Shown: positions 44,523 through 55,200 of the stretch, piece by piece | Layout: every line of letters begins with the position of its first letter | Numbering within the stretch: position 1 is the stretch's first letter | Origin: an uncultured Candidatus Poseidoniales archaeon | Lineage (GTDB): Archaea; Thermoplasmatota; Poseidoniia; Poseidoniales; Thalassarchaeaceae | Length of the DNA: 60,164 bases | Direction: 5' to 3' | Assembly: GCA_964392975.1 (NCBI GenBank) | Contig: CAYMRU010000002.1 | Coordinates: 1-60,164, forward strand | The notes under the pieces: generated by a model | The model's input: the letters and a program-made list of their open reading frames with translations, nothing else | Database searches by the model: none | What the model was told of the DNA's origin: nothing | Position numbers and translations under genes: made by a program

Positions 44523-47368
44523 ATCTCTAGGTCGTAGTCGCTCGGGCTATCATCATCTCTGCGTTTCTTGGGTACGACCCTGCGAGTCTCAGCCTCGGCC
44601 GGGTCAAGCATTACGTTGCTAGGATGAGGCAACTCTCCTTCGCTCATCTGATCTGCCATCTCAATCGCCGAGTCGAGGGCCTCATCGGTCTGGAACTTGT
44701 CCAAGACCTCGCTAGCCTGCCCGACTACTTCCTCGCTCGGACCCTGCCGGGGCTTCTCTGCAAGGCCCCCTGACTTCTCTAAGAATTCAGCAGCAAACTC
44801 CCTTGAGGAGACCTTGGGACTGTCGATCAGTTCAGGAGCATTTCCGCCGCCCTCATCAAATTTCGACATCCACTCCTCAGGACTCTCCGTAGTTTTCTCG
44901 ACTACTTGCTTGCTTGCCTGCATAGTCTCATTTCTCCTTTTCAGTGCCAGCACGACTCCTAGGCTTCCAGTAAACACGACAATCGAAATCAGTATGGCTT
45001 CGTGCCAAACCTCAAGCCAGTTAATCACGGATTGCTTGAAGGAGGTACGGCAGCAGGGCGCTGGTTGTACCTCTGGTCCTTCAAGCAGAACCGAGTCCGA
45101 TTCAGTAAACACAATCGACGGATCCCTAATCGATCTAACTTCGACGGTAAGGATTAATTCGGAATCAACAGGAGACTCGCTTGGGACCGTAATCCAAGCC
45201 ACAAACTCCACAGTTCCACCCGGAGGGATATCCATCAACTCGAATGAGCGAGGATTCATGGATCCTGTTCCGCTCGATGCTCCCTCAGGAGCAATTAAGC
45301 CGAATTCGGTGACTAGATTAGAGTCCACGCTCACCACTAGCCCGTCGTCACCGTTGCCCAAGTTGGTAAGCATCCATGAAGATGTGAGATTATTACCTGT
45401 AATCAATTCTGAGGACACAATCTTCGCATCCCATGAGTAAAACTCGCCCACTGTGATGTCCAGATGAAGTTCGTCCGGCATCCACTCCCCAGTCCATAAT
45501 TGGATAGAGAATTCAGCAATCAAGTCAGCATCCGTTGCCTCAGAAACCGTGAATGAAATAACGACTCCACTCATTGACTGGCCCGGGCCAAGTGAAACTG
45601 CACTCTGACTAATATCAACAGAGAGCCATTGAGGTACGCCCACAGATCTCAACTCGAAAGTAGACGACACATCTCCAGTGTTCTCTATTCTGAAATAACC
45701 TAAACATGTCTCTCCGGGTCTTGGATCCTCTGTGCATCCATCGTCCTCCAGAGCTAAGGATCCTCCAGTACGAGGTACCAGACTCACTCTATGAGTGGCA
45801 GTCGAAGAGTCTTCGATAACAGCCGGGTCCCATACTAGGATCTCGAAGTTCAGACTGCCAGGATAACGCTCTGGGGCTTGTACCTGCAATTGGGCTGTAA
45901 CCTGCCCTCCGGGGAGAACAGAGTCCAATTCAGACCGACTCAGGACAATAGCCGCCCAGCCGTCATGTGATATCGAGAGCCCAGCTTCGCCCACTCTAGA
46001 GCCGTTCTCATCAGTCGCGACAATCTCAATGAGGAGATCACGTACTGAATTTCCGAGATTCCTGACATCAACACTGAGTCCAATGACCTCTCCGGGTGAT
46101 ACTGATGCGTTTCCACCTCCGGATACTATTTCCGCTTCGTAGTGGAAACCGTAGCGAAGGGAGAAGTTGAACCAGTCTTGAGATCCGTCGGGTGTTTCAA
46201 GATGCATGCTGAACTGGTGCAGAGAGTTAGCCAATGGAAGGCCACCGACGACTTCTGGCGACATTACAGAGAACTGCACCCATTGAGGAATATCTGAGGG
46301 CGCGGCGAATGAGTACCCATCCGATGGCGACTCGCTGTGATTCCATTCAATCACCCATCCCGAGGGCCCAGAGATGGAAACAACCGCTGAATCATTCACC
46401 TCGGCGTTATTGGTGAAATTGAAGTTCAGTCCTATCATTGAATTTGGATTGATATCAAAAATCGAACCAGATTCAGGCCCGAACCTAACCTCTGACCTCT
46501 CTACCTGCCAGGGATAGGTGTAGTTAGGTGTCTCGTTGAACACTGTTGCTGCTGCTGCCTGCTGCAACTCGAGCGCCCTTTCAGGTGAGATCTGACTGGG
46601 CGCTTCTCTACCGACCGAAGACTCTCCGGTGATTGTAGAGTACATCACACAAGCTGCGAGATAGGTTCCGTCTATCGATGGGTGAGAACCATCGCTAGAG
46701 TATAGCGCGGAGAACGAAGTCCAACCATCGGTGGCATTCTGTCCTGAGTCTTCTACCGCCTCATGTATATGCATGAATGCGAGTCCCACTGGTGAGATGT
46801 ATGTGGGCCGGTCCGCTGTAGTGATGTTCTCATTGTACATCTCATAACCACGTGATACACTCTCTTGCATACTGGAGTAATCGGGGTGCAGCCAATCGCC
46901 TTCCATCCGCCCCCAAGTCATGAACAGGATGGTTTCTCCGCCTTCGGAACGGATTCTTCGATCGAGATAAATCAGTCCTTCCAGACTATCTTGCCAGTAT
47001 TCTGTGTCGATGGACAGCCCCGGGACCTGTGACTGGCCTTGTAGAATCACGTAATCGTACCGTTGTTGCAGGCTAGTGTTCCATGAGTGTCCCGGAGTAT
47101 TCGCCCTCTCTGCGTGCTCGCTGAGTTTCAGGCCTCCGCTAGTGAGGGAAGTTACTTGCGCATCCTCTCCCGAATCTGTCAGTATACTGTCAAGTCTGAC
47201 AGATAGGGAATTGCTCGATGTGTATGAATTGCCCATCATTAGAATGTCGAGGGAACTGTCCTTTGCATCTGCGCTGGCCACAGTTGATGGATTGAGAGGA
47301 GTAGAAGGAGAAAGTAAGGGTAGAATCAGAATCATAATGAGAATCGAGGTCACGATTCTACTGCCCAT
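44519..47368 (-). CDS. large surface protein: N-terminal SGNH/DUF4886-like hydrolase domain + CARDB-like repeats + TM anchor + about 170-aa cytoplasmic tail
   Basis: 949-aa ORF.
- Signal-like N-terminus: IVTSILIMILILPLLSPS.
- SGNH-like blocks: ILMMGNSYTSSN (Ser), YDYVILQGQSQ, SSDGSHPSIDGTYLAACVMY (D..H).
- CARDB-like strings: LSVDVRNLGNSVRD, FRIENTGDVSSTF, WMLTNLGNGDDG.
- TM helix ILISIVVFTGSLGVVLAL and an acidic tail ending DDSPSDYDLEI. Confidence 0.85.
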   Translation of the reverse strand: MGSRIVTSILIMILILPLLSPSTPLNPSTVASADAKDSSLDILMMGNSYTSSNSLSVRLDSILTDSGEDAQVTSLTSGGLKLSEHAERANTPGHSWNTSLQQRYDYVILQGQSQVPGLSIDTEYWQDSLEGLIYLDRRIRSEGGETILFMTWGRMEGDWLHPDYSSMQESVSRGYEMYNENITTADRPTYISPVGLAFMHIHEAVEDSGQNATDGWTSFSALYSSDGSHPSIDGTYLAACVMYSTITGESSVGREAPSQISPERALELQQAAAATVFNETPNYTYPWQVERSEVRFGPESGSIFDINPNSMIGLNFNFTNNAEVNDSAVVSISGPSGWVIEWNHSESPSDGYSFAAPSDIPQWVQFSVMSPEVVGGLPLANSLHQFSMHLETPDGSQDWFNFSLRYGFHYEAEIVSGGGNASVSPGEVIGLSVDVRNLGNSVRDLLIEIVATDENGSRVGEAGLSISHDGWAAIVLSRSELDSVLPGGQVTAQLQVQAPERYPGSLNFEILVWDPAVIEDSSTATHRVSLVPRTGGSLALEDDGCTEDPRPGETCLGYFRIENTGDVSSTFELRSVGVPQWLSVDISQSAVSLGPGQSMSGVVISFTVSEATDADLIAEFSIQLWTGEWMPDELHLDITVGEFYSWDAKIVSSELITGNNLTSSWMLTNLGNGDDGLVVSVDSNLVTEFGLIAPEGASSGTGSMNPRSFELMDIPPGGTVEFVAWITVPSESPVDSELILTVEVRSIRDPSIVFTESDSVLLEGPEVQPAPCCRTSFKQSVINWLEVWHEAILISIVVFTGSLGVVLALKRRNETMQASKQVVEKTTESPEEWMSKFDEGGGNAPELIDSPKVSSREFAAEFLEKSGGLAEKPRQGPSEEVVGQASEVLDKFQTDEALDSAIEMADQMSEGELPHPSNVMLDPAEAETRRVVPKKRRDDDSPSDYDLEI

Positions 47369-47440
47369 ACCACCATCGACAATCTAGAAAGATATCATTT
47401 CTGCCCCCTCTCGTTAAGTTTCTTACGAAGTATTGATGGT

Positions 47441-47647
47441 ATGAGGCGTCATTGGCCAGCCATGGCATCGAAGTGGCCGTTCACCAAGGAACCGGCCGAA
47501 CCACGGCAAGTCACTAATGTGGATAAGCGAAAAATCGTCGAATACGAACGCAAGCCAGATGATTCTTCAAAAAAGAAGATGAAAGACCGCAGTCACTTGG
47601 AGAGCGATTCGTTCAAGCAAGCTATGGATTTGCTCGGAAACGACTGA
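47441..47647 (+). CDS. small Lys-rich hypothetical protein
   Basis: 68-aa ORF that exactly fills the gap between two minus-strand genes. The composition is charged (KRKIVEYERKPDDSSKKKMKDR). No motif recognised; it could be non-coding. Confidence 0.35.
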   Translation: MRRHWPAMASKWPFTKEPAEPRQVTNVDKRKIVEYERKPDDSSKKKMKDRSHLESDSFKQAMDLLGND

Positions 47648-47652
47648 AGAAG

Positions 47653-49401
47653 TCACAGAATTGGGTCGGGAGCGATTCGACTCAGCACTTCCACATCAAA
47701 CTCTCCTGCATTGACTGGAGAACGCAGTCCGAATTTGTTGAGGACCTCTGGAGAGATTTCTCCAAATGATCCAACCTCGACTCCATCAAACATGACCACA
47801 GCTCCTCTTCCATTGATCCACGGGCCTCCAACTGCCTCTACGAGCGAGATCTCATCGATTCCAATCCCTAGATCCCTCAGTAGTGCCTGAGCCACACCCT
47901 TAGCCGATGCAAACCCGCCCCCGACCTCGGCACAAGCCCAAGCAACTCTCGATTGATTCTTGGCGCCCCTTACTACATCGCTGAGTTCGTAGACCTTCTG
48001 AGGCAACTCGTGGTGCCTGTTTGAGGATAGCAACACGAGCAGCGAGGGTAGTATGCTTTGCCGGAGTACGGTATGCTCGACTGAGATTGGATTGGATATC
48101 TTAGCCACCTCTGCGACAGGCTCCCATCGGACTCTATCGAACTGATCCTTCTCATTCGACAGTGTCAGACCCTGAGTCTCTTGTATGCTCAGAGCGCGAA
48201 GGCTAGACCTGATGCGTCTATGTAGATGCGAAGAAACTAGTGGAATAGCATCCAGATGAACCTCTGAGAGCTTCTCAGGCAGGTTGTGATAGCCAAACCC
48301 TATCGCAATGTCCTCTACGATGTCGACGGGGTGCATGATGTCACTCCTCCATCGAGGCATCTCGACTATGTGCTCCTTCTCTCCAATCACGCAATCAGCC
48401 CACTTTTCAGGCTTATTCGAGCCATCGGTGACCGTCCTAGACTCGACTAACGAGCCACCCATCCTGTGAAGAGCCGCTCCAATTTCCTGTTGGCTCAATC
48501 CGACTCCCAGAATCTTACCAATCAACCTCTCAGGCACTCGGTGCTTGACCGAGTCTCCGCGAGGAGTATGCATCTCTTCGCCCGTGTGACTCGTCACCTT
48601 GACACTCTCGACTTTGCCACCCCTCTCATGTAGAGATAGACATACGAGCATCAGGCAAGCCTCACATGCCCTCGAATCCCATCCGGTAACATCGATTAGG
48701 AAGTCTCTGGTCGAGTGGGAGACTGTGGTGTGATCACCGTTGATTATCGGTGGGAATGAGAGGATGTCGTCATTCGCATCCAATATCACAGGATATGAGT
48801 CGAGATTGTCCATCAGAGGAGCGTACTCGACCCCCTTGGGGTGCACTTCAAGAATCTCCTTTATACTCATTCTTTCTTCCATCATCAGAGGTACGAACGA
48901 GTAAGTCTCGGGCACCGTGAGGACTCTGAACGGACCTGTCACAGAAGACAGATCATGAACTCCAATAGATGCTAATGCGCGTTTCCTACCAAGAGTGAGA
49001 TGAAGCTTCTCCTGATGATCCATTAGCGACTGGATGAAAGCCTCGATACCATCCTCATCATCGCCGGTATCGACTCCTCTGACAACGGCTGCCAGTACTA
49101 CTGGTCTGACGTTGCCCAGAGTGGAATCGACGACCATCTCAAGACCACTGGGCTCTATCGGCATCGAGGAATCCAATACCCGACCTTCAGAGAAACTCCT
49201 AGCAGACCGCGCAAGAGATTCGTGGCTCAGCAGGTCAGGCCGATCCGGAAATACTTCGATTTCCACGACGTCCTCGTCGTTGCCCTCGACAGGGCATCCA
49301 ATCTCTGGCAGCCAATCGGACCAAGACTCAGGCGAGTGCCCACATCCATTGATTTTCTGGATATACTCAAGAAGAGAATGCTGCAAGTTCAGAGTCGGCA
49401 T
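47653..49401 (-). CDS. pheT: phenylalanyl-tRNA synthetase beta subunit (archaeal type)
   Basis: 582 aa. The archaeal PheT-like N-terminus is MPTLNLQHSLLEYI...EIEVFPDRPDLLSHESLARSAR. B3/4 and B5-like regions follow, including MPRWRSDIMHPVDIVEDIAIGFGY. The length is typical of archaeal PheT. Confidence 0.9.
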   Translation of the reverse strand: MPTLNLQHSLLEYIQKINGCGHSPESWSDWLPEIGCPVEGNDEDVVEIEVFPDRPDLLSHESLARSARSFSEGRVLDSSMPIEPSGLEMVVDSTLGNVRPVVLAAVVRGVDTGDDEDGIEAFIQSLMDHQEKLHLTLGRKRALASIGVHDLSSVTGPFRVLTVPETYSFVPLMMEERMSIKEILEVHPKGVEYAPLMDNLDSYPVILDANDDILSFPPIINGDHTTVSHSTRDFLIDVTGWDSRACEACLMLVCLSLHERGGKVESVKVTSHTGEEMHTPRGDSVKHRVPERLIGKILGVGLSQQEIGAALHRMGGSLVESRTVTDGSNKPEKWADCVIGEKEHIVEMPRWRSDIMHPVDIVEDIAIGFGYHNLPEKLSEVHLDAIPLVSSHLHRRIRSSLRALSIQETQGLTLSNEKDQFDRVRWEPVAEVAKISNPISVEHTVLRQSILPSLLVLLSSNRHHELPQKVYELSDVVRGAKNQSRVAWACAEVGGGFASAKGVAQALLRDLGIGIDEISLVEAVGGPWINGRGAVVMFDGVEVGSFGEISPEVLNKFGLRSPVNAGEFDVEVLSRIAPDPIL

Positions 49402-49408
49402 GCGAACA

Positions 49409-50953
49409 TCAGTTTCCTAACCACATGGGCAGCGGCCTATCATAGCCGATTAGTCTCAGCCCACTGATTGAAGCCGTATCGTAGTCGAGAGCCCTGAGGT
49501 TCCTACGCGTCAACTTCTCTAGACCATCGATTCCAAGTCCTATCATCCAACCTCTAATTGTGGATTGTAACCATTGCAAACTCTCCTCAAGTCCATTCTC
49601 AGGAGGGGGGGCTACCAGAACCGAGCATCCAGCAGCCACGGAGATGAGGAGGTCCTCGGCCCCGGGAGCCTCGTCCATCTCGATTAGCAGGTGCCGGCCC
49701 TGTCCAGTCAGATTCATCGCCTTTGCTGCTAGCCCTATTCGGGGTAGTGCAGCAGCAGCTCTACTGCCACCGGGGGCGGCCGCATCAACCACAGCACCGT
49801 CAAGATCGAGATCGATAACCAATCTGAACAGATGCTCGACGCGGTCGACTCCGTCACGCAGCAATATCATACTGTCCTCGCTCATTTTGCTAGACAGTGA
49901 GACTAGAATGGCCTCAATCTCAGCATCATCCATAGGAGGAATTCCATCTAGGTCGAGAACTATGCCGGCGCATCCGCTGAGATACGCCGAGCATTCAACG
50001 AGATTCCCCTCGTCAATATGCAGCAAGTCGCACGCCCTCGGAGAGCGTCTGACGAGTGCAGGTTGCTCTGAGGCGACCCCACCCTGCCAGGATTCAGCCG
50101 ACTCGGCCTCGATTAGCCACGGAATTGGGAAAAGCAAACCTCCCTCTTCACTGCCGACGGGCATCAGTAGTGTAAGGGGGTCGAGCGAAGTGTGCTCAGG
50201 CAACCTCTCCGAGGAAGAAGGAATCAGTGCTATACTTTCGAAACCCTCTGCGACCGAAGGCTCAGGGAGTTCGACCGAAGGAACCGGAGAACCTCCCGAG
50301 GGAACTAGCACTAAGGCATCTTCTTCGATAGACAGCCCCATTGGCTCTATGTGATTAGATATATCTGAGAGCTCCTCAGGCTCTATCCCACGCATTGCAG
50401 TACCTTCGCCAGGAGGGGGGCAACTGCCGGCGATGACTATGCTTCCGCCTGACATAACTTGACCGGGCTCGGTTCCTACCGAGCCGAGTATCACTATCGT
50501 GCCTCCAGACATGCCTGATCCGACACCCTTTCCAGCGTGCCCTCGCACAATGAGAGTCCCACCCGACATTCCTGCACCAGCATCATCTCCTACAGACCCC
50601 TGCACGATAATGACGCCACCGCTCATATTGTGGGCGACTCTGTCCGCAGCATCCTTCTCTACTACGATGCGCCCATCACGCTGAAAGGCCCCGAGCATGG
50701 AATCTGCCGAACCCTGCAGGGTGAATGTGCCACCGTTGTTCATGGCCCCAGCGCATTGCCCTAGATCCCCCAATAGAAGCACTCTAGAATCCACCGGAAG
50801 ATGACTCGCTGCACCTATCTCGCCACTCTTGGGCTTTTCATCTCCACCTCTGCCCCAGCCTATCCTGATTAGCAGATCTCTCTCGAGAGCCTCATCTATC
50901 ATCCCGTCCAAATCGCGTGCGAGCTTCATGCTCTTCGCGGTTACCTCGCGCAT
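49409..50953 (-). CDS. glutamate-synthase-related protein: GXGXG (GltB domain 3 / FwdC-like) beta-helix domain followed by a degenerate FMN-domain-like region
   Basis: - GXGXG repeats: GDLGQCAGAMNNGGTFTLQGSADSMLGAFQRDGRIVVEKDAADRVAHNMSGGVIIVQGSVGDDAGAGMSGGTLIVRGHAGKGVGSGMSGGTIVILGSVG..VMSGGSIVIAG.
- The C-terminal roughly 300 aa keeps the spacing of the GltS FMN barrel. DGAVVDAAAPGGSRAAA corresponds to D.I.IDG..GGTGAAP, and LLISVAAGCSVL corresponds to DV.KALALGAD.V. Consensus residues are lost.
- The start is placed at ATG 50953. The 100 extra N-terminal codons of the 614-aa ORF overlap the gap gene antisense and look non-coding. Confidence 0.8.
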   Translation of the reverse strand: MREVTAKSMKLARDLDGMIDEALERDLLIRIGWGRGGDEKPKSGEIGAASHLPVDSRVLLLGDLGQCAGAMNNGGTFTLQGSADSMLGAFQRDGRIVVEKDAADRVAHNMSGGVIIVQGSVGDDAGAGMSGGTLIVRGHAGKGVGSGMSGGTIVILGSVGTEPGQVMSGGSIVIAGSCPPPGEGTAMRGIEPEELSDISNHIEPMGLSIEEDALVLVPSGGSPVPSVELPEPSVAEGFESIALIPSSSERLPEHTSLDPLTLLMPVGSEEGGLLFPIPWLIEAESAESWQGGVASEQPALVRRSPRACDLLHIDEGNLVECSAYLSGCAGIVLDLDGIPPMDDAEIEAILVSLSSKMSEDSMILLRDGVDRVEHLFRLVIDLDLDGAVVDAAAPGGSRAAAALPRIGLAAKAMNLTGQGRHLLIEMDEAPGAEDLLISVAAGCSVLVAPPPENGLEESLQWLQSTIRGWMIGLGIDGLEKLTRRNLRALDYDTASISGLRLIGYDRPLPMWLGN

Positions 50954-51116
50954 GCTCCTCCTTAGCGGACACCATACTACCCGTCTTGACTCTGACGGGC
51001 AAGATACCCAGCAACTCAGGCTTAGACGCCATATTCGGATTCTCGGAGCAAGGGTATGTTGATAGAGGGCAGTCAATGGAGTCGGAGCGCCCGAGGGGGC
51101 GAATGGGGCGCTTTTT

Positions 51117-52151
51117 TTGATCCGAGTGGCGATAAATGGGTTCGGAACAATTGGCAAGAGAGTCGCCGATGCAGTGGATGCACAGGACGACATGGTAGTG
51201 GCCGGAGTCACCAAGACTGGCCCTAGCTTCGGATGCGACTTGGCGGCCCGCAAGGGTTTCCCACTATACTGTACTAACGATGACGCGGACCGGATTGCGG
51301 CCTTCGGAGAAGGTGGCTATGAATGCCAAGGCGGACTGTCAGATTTGCTCGCATCATCCGATGTTGTCGTAGATTGCGCCCCCGGCAAGAGAGGGGCCGA
51401 GAATCTCTCAAAGTACAAAGCAGCAGGAATCAAGCACATTTTCCAAGGAGGGGAGAAGCACGATTTGACCGGTTTGTCCTATACCTCGTGCGCCAATCAC
51501 GAGGCTAATCTAGATGCTGACGGAACTCGAGTTGTCTCGTGCAATACAACCGGGCTTTCACGCACCTTGGTCCCCCTCTTTGAGGCGTGTGGCTCCCTCA
51601 AGGTCGAATGCACGATGATTAGACGCGCAGCCGACCCCGGGGACTCGAGCAAGGGCCCCATCAACGCAATCAAGCCCGTTCTCAAAGTCCCAAGTCACCA
51701 CGGCCCCGATCTGATGACTGTCAAGCCCGAGATAGAGATTAACTCTCTAGCCGTAGCAGTCCCGACCACCATCATGCATGTTCACGCGATTATCGCTGAT
51801 TTGCCAAGCGGTCACGGCATGACTACGGAGTCAATCTTGGAACTCTGGAGAGGAACTCCAAGAGTCTTGTTGATGAGTGGTTCGGGAGACCGCTTGTCCA
51901 CCACGGCCGAGGTCATGGAGATGGCTAGAGACATCGGCAGAAAGTGGGGCGATCTGCATGAGGTATTCGTCTGGGAAGATGGCGTTAGCCTCGTCGGGGA
52001 CAGACTGTACTACTTCCAAGCCATCCATCAGGAAAGTGACGTCATCCCTGAGAACATAGATTGCATCCGTGCTCTGATTGGCTCAGAATCAGATTGGAGA
52101 ACATCGGTTAGCAGAACTGACGATGCGATTTCTAGGTACTATGGGATGTAA
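51117..52151 (+). CDS. gap: glyceraldehyde-3-phosphate dehydrogenase, archaeal type II
   Basis: N-terminus IRVAINGFGTIGKRVADAV and the active-site VVSCNTTGLSR. About 340 aa, as typical for archaeal GAPDH. There is no in-frame ATG after the upstream stop (51063). The start is TTG 51117, or alternatively GTG 51126. Confidence 0.93.
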   Translation: MIRVAINGFGTIGKRVADAVDAQDDMVVAGVTKTGPSFGCDLAARKGFPLYCTNDDADRIAAFGEGGYECQGGLSDLLASSDVVVDCAPGKRGAENLSKYKAAGIKHIFQGGEKHDLTGLSYTSCANHEANLDADGTRVVSCNTTGLSRTLVPLFEACGSLKVECTMIRRAADPGDSSKGPINAIKPVLKVPSHHGPDLMTVKPEIEINSLAVAVPTTIMHVHAIIADLPSGHGMTTESILELWRGTPRVLLMSGSGDRLSTTAEVMEMARDIGRKWGDLHEVFVWEDGVSLVGDRLYYFQAIHQESDVIPENIDCIRALIGSESDWRTSVSRTDDAISRYYGM

Positions 52152-52220
52152 TCCCATAGTGATGCGTAGACCATACATTCAGCATCAATGGTCAAAAAGC
52201 CCCCTTAGACTCGCAGAAAC

Positions 52221-55200
52221 ATGAATGGGTCGCGCTGGGTGCTAGTAATCCTACCCATTCTATTGTTTTCAACAGGAGGAACCGTCCTGACTGAACCACT
52301 GAAATTAGAGGCTCAGTCAGCCGATTCTGGAGTACAATCCCATTCCTATCCGGAATGGAGTAGGGCCAGTCCATCTGAGTCTATTTTTGAGCTTCGTACC
52401 ACCACTGGGCTGCTACAATCACCTTTCGGGCCGTTTGACCCCCTAGTTGACCCTGTGCCCCTAGGTCCAGAGAATCTGTATGACCCATTCGCTCTCGAGC
52501 GCACGGGATTGCTTTTGGTTCAGTCATCAAGCTCCGATATGACTGCAATGCTCAGCTTGCTAGAGGAGTCCGGAATGGAAGTGATAGATTTCATTCCCGA
52601 GTACTCAGTCATTGCCCGGTTGGATTCTGTAAACCATAATCAAGTCGTAGATGAACTGTCTGCGGACGGTTCAATCAGATGGGCCGGAGAGTTACCAATC
52701 GCTTGGAGAGTCTCACCATATTTGTCTACAATCGCCGGTTTACAGGGCCTTAGGGTGGATTTGGACATCACCCCTACCCCAGACCTAGGTAAGGAGGAGT
52801 TACAATCTCTGTCTGAGGACATGGAACTTATCTCCCATAGTCCAGTTGAACGTGCAATCTGCGACTCTCATCTCTGTCAGCCAAAGAACGTCGACTCTGC
52901 GTGGATTCCAATCCTAGCCATGGATGGCAGGATTCTCAGGATTGACCCAGCAGCCCAGTACTCGGTGCATAACTCGAATGCCAGCGTTATCGGCGGCATA
53001 CAAGACGCCCGAACAACTTCGGGACTAGCCCTGAACGGATCGGGAGAAGTCCTCGCAATCTCGGATACCGGTTTGGATGATGACCATGGCGACTTCGGGA
53101 ACCGAATCCGTGCAATATACGATGAGTTCGGTCCCGATAACTCGCACGCCGACTCGAACAGCGGCCACGGGACTCACGTTTCGGCAACTCTGTTAGGTGA
53201 CGGTTCAGGAGACTCCGATTCAGAGGGCATGGTACCCGGGGCGACCTTCCATTTCTATCAACTAGAAGCCGACTCATCAGGGGCCCTTGCTCGCTGGGGC
53301 TCGCTGTATGAGATGTTCAGCCATTCGTGGAATAATAATGCTAGGATTCAGACCAACAGTTGGGGCAACCTGAATCTGGCTGGTGATTACAGTTCTGACT
53401 CGAGATCCGCGGACTCATTCATATCCGATTATCCTCGCTTCCTAGTGCTATTCTCTGCTGGCGACCTAGGTTCGGGCGGAGTCACCCCTCCAGGTACTGC
53501 CAAGAACGTGCTGACCGTGGGGGCATCCACTACTGGTTCTTTTGACAGCACTCCAGAGGGAGTTGTGGCGGGCTTTTCATCAAAAGGAGTAACTAGCGAC
53601 GGGCGAATCAAGCCAGACATTGTTGCTCCTGGAGTGGCAATATGCTCGGCTCGTGCCCAAGAAGCCGTATTGTCTGAGGGCGAATCGTGCTCGAGCTCTA
53701 CTCATGTTGACGGACAGACACCATTGTACATGACACTAAACGGCTCTTCTATGGCTACGCCAGTGGCGGCCGGGGCAGCAACAATGGTCAGACAGTATCT
53801 GCGTGTAGAGAAATCAATCAGTGAGCCCAGATCAGATTTGATTAGAGCCCTAATCATTAACGGAGCAGATGACCTAGGTGCAAGTGACATCCCTAATCCC
53901 TCAGAGGGTTGGGGCCAATTGAATCTCGACAACACTCTGTTCCCGACTAGTTCTGGCCAGGATCTGAATTTGATTTACGACTATTCAAGAGAGCTGCTGC
54001 CAGGCCATTCATTCGTCTACACATTTGACGTCGATGGGAACTACGGCCTAGATGTAACCCTCGTGTGGAACGACCCTGAAGGCTCTGCAGTGGCCAATCA
54101 AAGTGCCTCTCGCCTAGTGAACGATTTAGATCTCAGAGCCGTATCTCCTGACGGCACGACTTACTTCGGAAACCATTTCGCATCTGGTTTCAGCACCCCG
54201 GGCGGTTCTGGGGACCGCTTGAACAACGTTGAGAGAATCCGACTCCCGGCAGGTTCTCAATCAGGTACTTGGTCGATTATCGTAGGTCATGCAGGAGGTT
54301 CTATTCAGGACTTCGCTATGGTGTTCTCTGGCCTAGGCAATGAGATTATCCATCCCGACCTCTCAGTCTTTGCAGGCTCATTGTCGACTTCGATTGACAA
54401 CCCTTTGCAAGGAGATACCATACTAATCGAAGCCGCATGGAAGAATCAGGCAGCAGCAGCTACTGGAACCTATTCGATAGAAGTCGAGGATTTGACATCG
54501 GGCTCAATCATCCACACCTCCTCAAGAGCATCATTGGGAGGTGGATTACTGGATTCCGTCTCCTTCCCTCACTCATTTTCTACCACTGGCACTCACCAGT
54601 TAGAACTCAGGCTGGACTCGACTTCTGTCGTTCAAGAGTTGAACGACGAGTCCTCAGGTTCCGACAACAATCGATACCATATTGAGGTAAATGTCTCTCA
54701 AATTGGAGTCAGGCTTACCCCATTGATGGAGGATGGAAGCCTCCCCTCAAACCCTGCTCAATTGAGCCAAGCGATGACTAGAACACTCGACCCAAGAGAT
54801 TCCAGTTGGCTCAATTTCGACTTAGAAATGAGGAACGAGGGAACATCAGAGATTTCAGTCGGCCTCAGTGTATCTCCAGTTCAACTACTCGGCGATGATG
54901 GGATACTGTACCCTCCACAGGATGAATGGTGGAAACTACTCAATGAGACCGGCCCCTGGACACTCGCCCCCTACGGTCAACCCGGGGATCGCACGGTTGT
55001 GACCTTGAATTTGTCAGATATGGACACCGATCTCAGTAGCGGATCCGAAGCCGTTTATGCCCTCCCTGGGACCTTCGTGTCCGATTTGACTCTGTATGAC
55101 AAAAACGCCCCTACCGTGTCGCATAGCATCAGGCTGAGCGCAGTAGTTCAGCGCGTAGAAGGCCTGTATACTATAGTAGCCGGAACTGGGGATCTTAGCG

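Noticed and set aside
44697-45440. 247-aa plus-strand ORF inside the 949-aa minus-strand gene. Similar long internal antisense ORFs lie at 49560-50354 (+), 58993-59592 (-), 38043-38594 (-), 32848-33381 (-) and 17459-18014 (-).
   Set aside because: All lie fully inside motif-supported genes on the other strand. All are Ser/Pro/Arg-rich and carry no recognisable motifs. They are treated as shadow ORFs.
51111-51117. T7 tract immediately abutting the TTG start of gap. Oligo-T is an archaeal terminator signal.
   Set aside because: There is no upstream plus-strand gene to terminate. The tract lies in a divergent spacer. It is noted only as context for the unusual TTG start.
50954-51253. The first 100 codons of the 614-aa minus-strand ORF (49409-51253)
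   Set aside because: The segment runs antisense through the start of the well-supported GAPDH gene. It is Pro/Ser/Ala/Arg-rich with no GltS-like similarity. An in-frame ATG at 50953 gives a sensible N-terminus (MREVTAKSMKLARDLDGMIDEALE) directly before the GXGXG domain.
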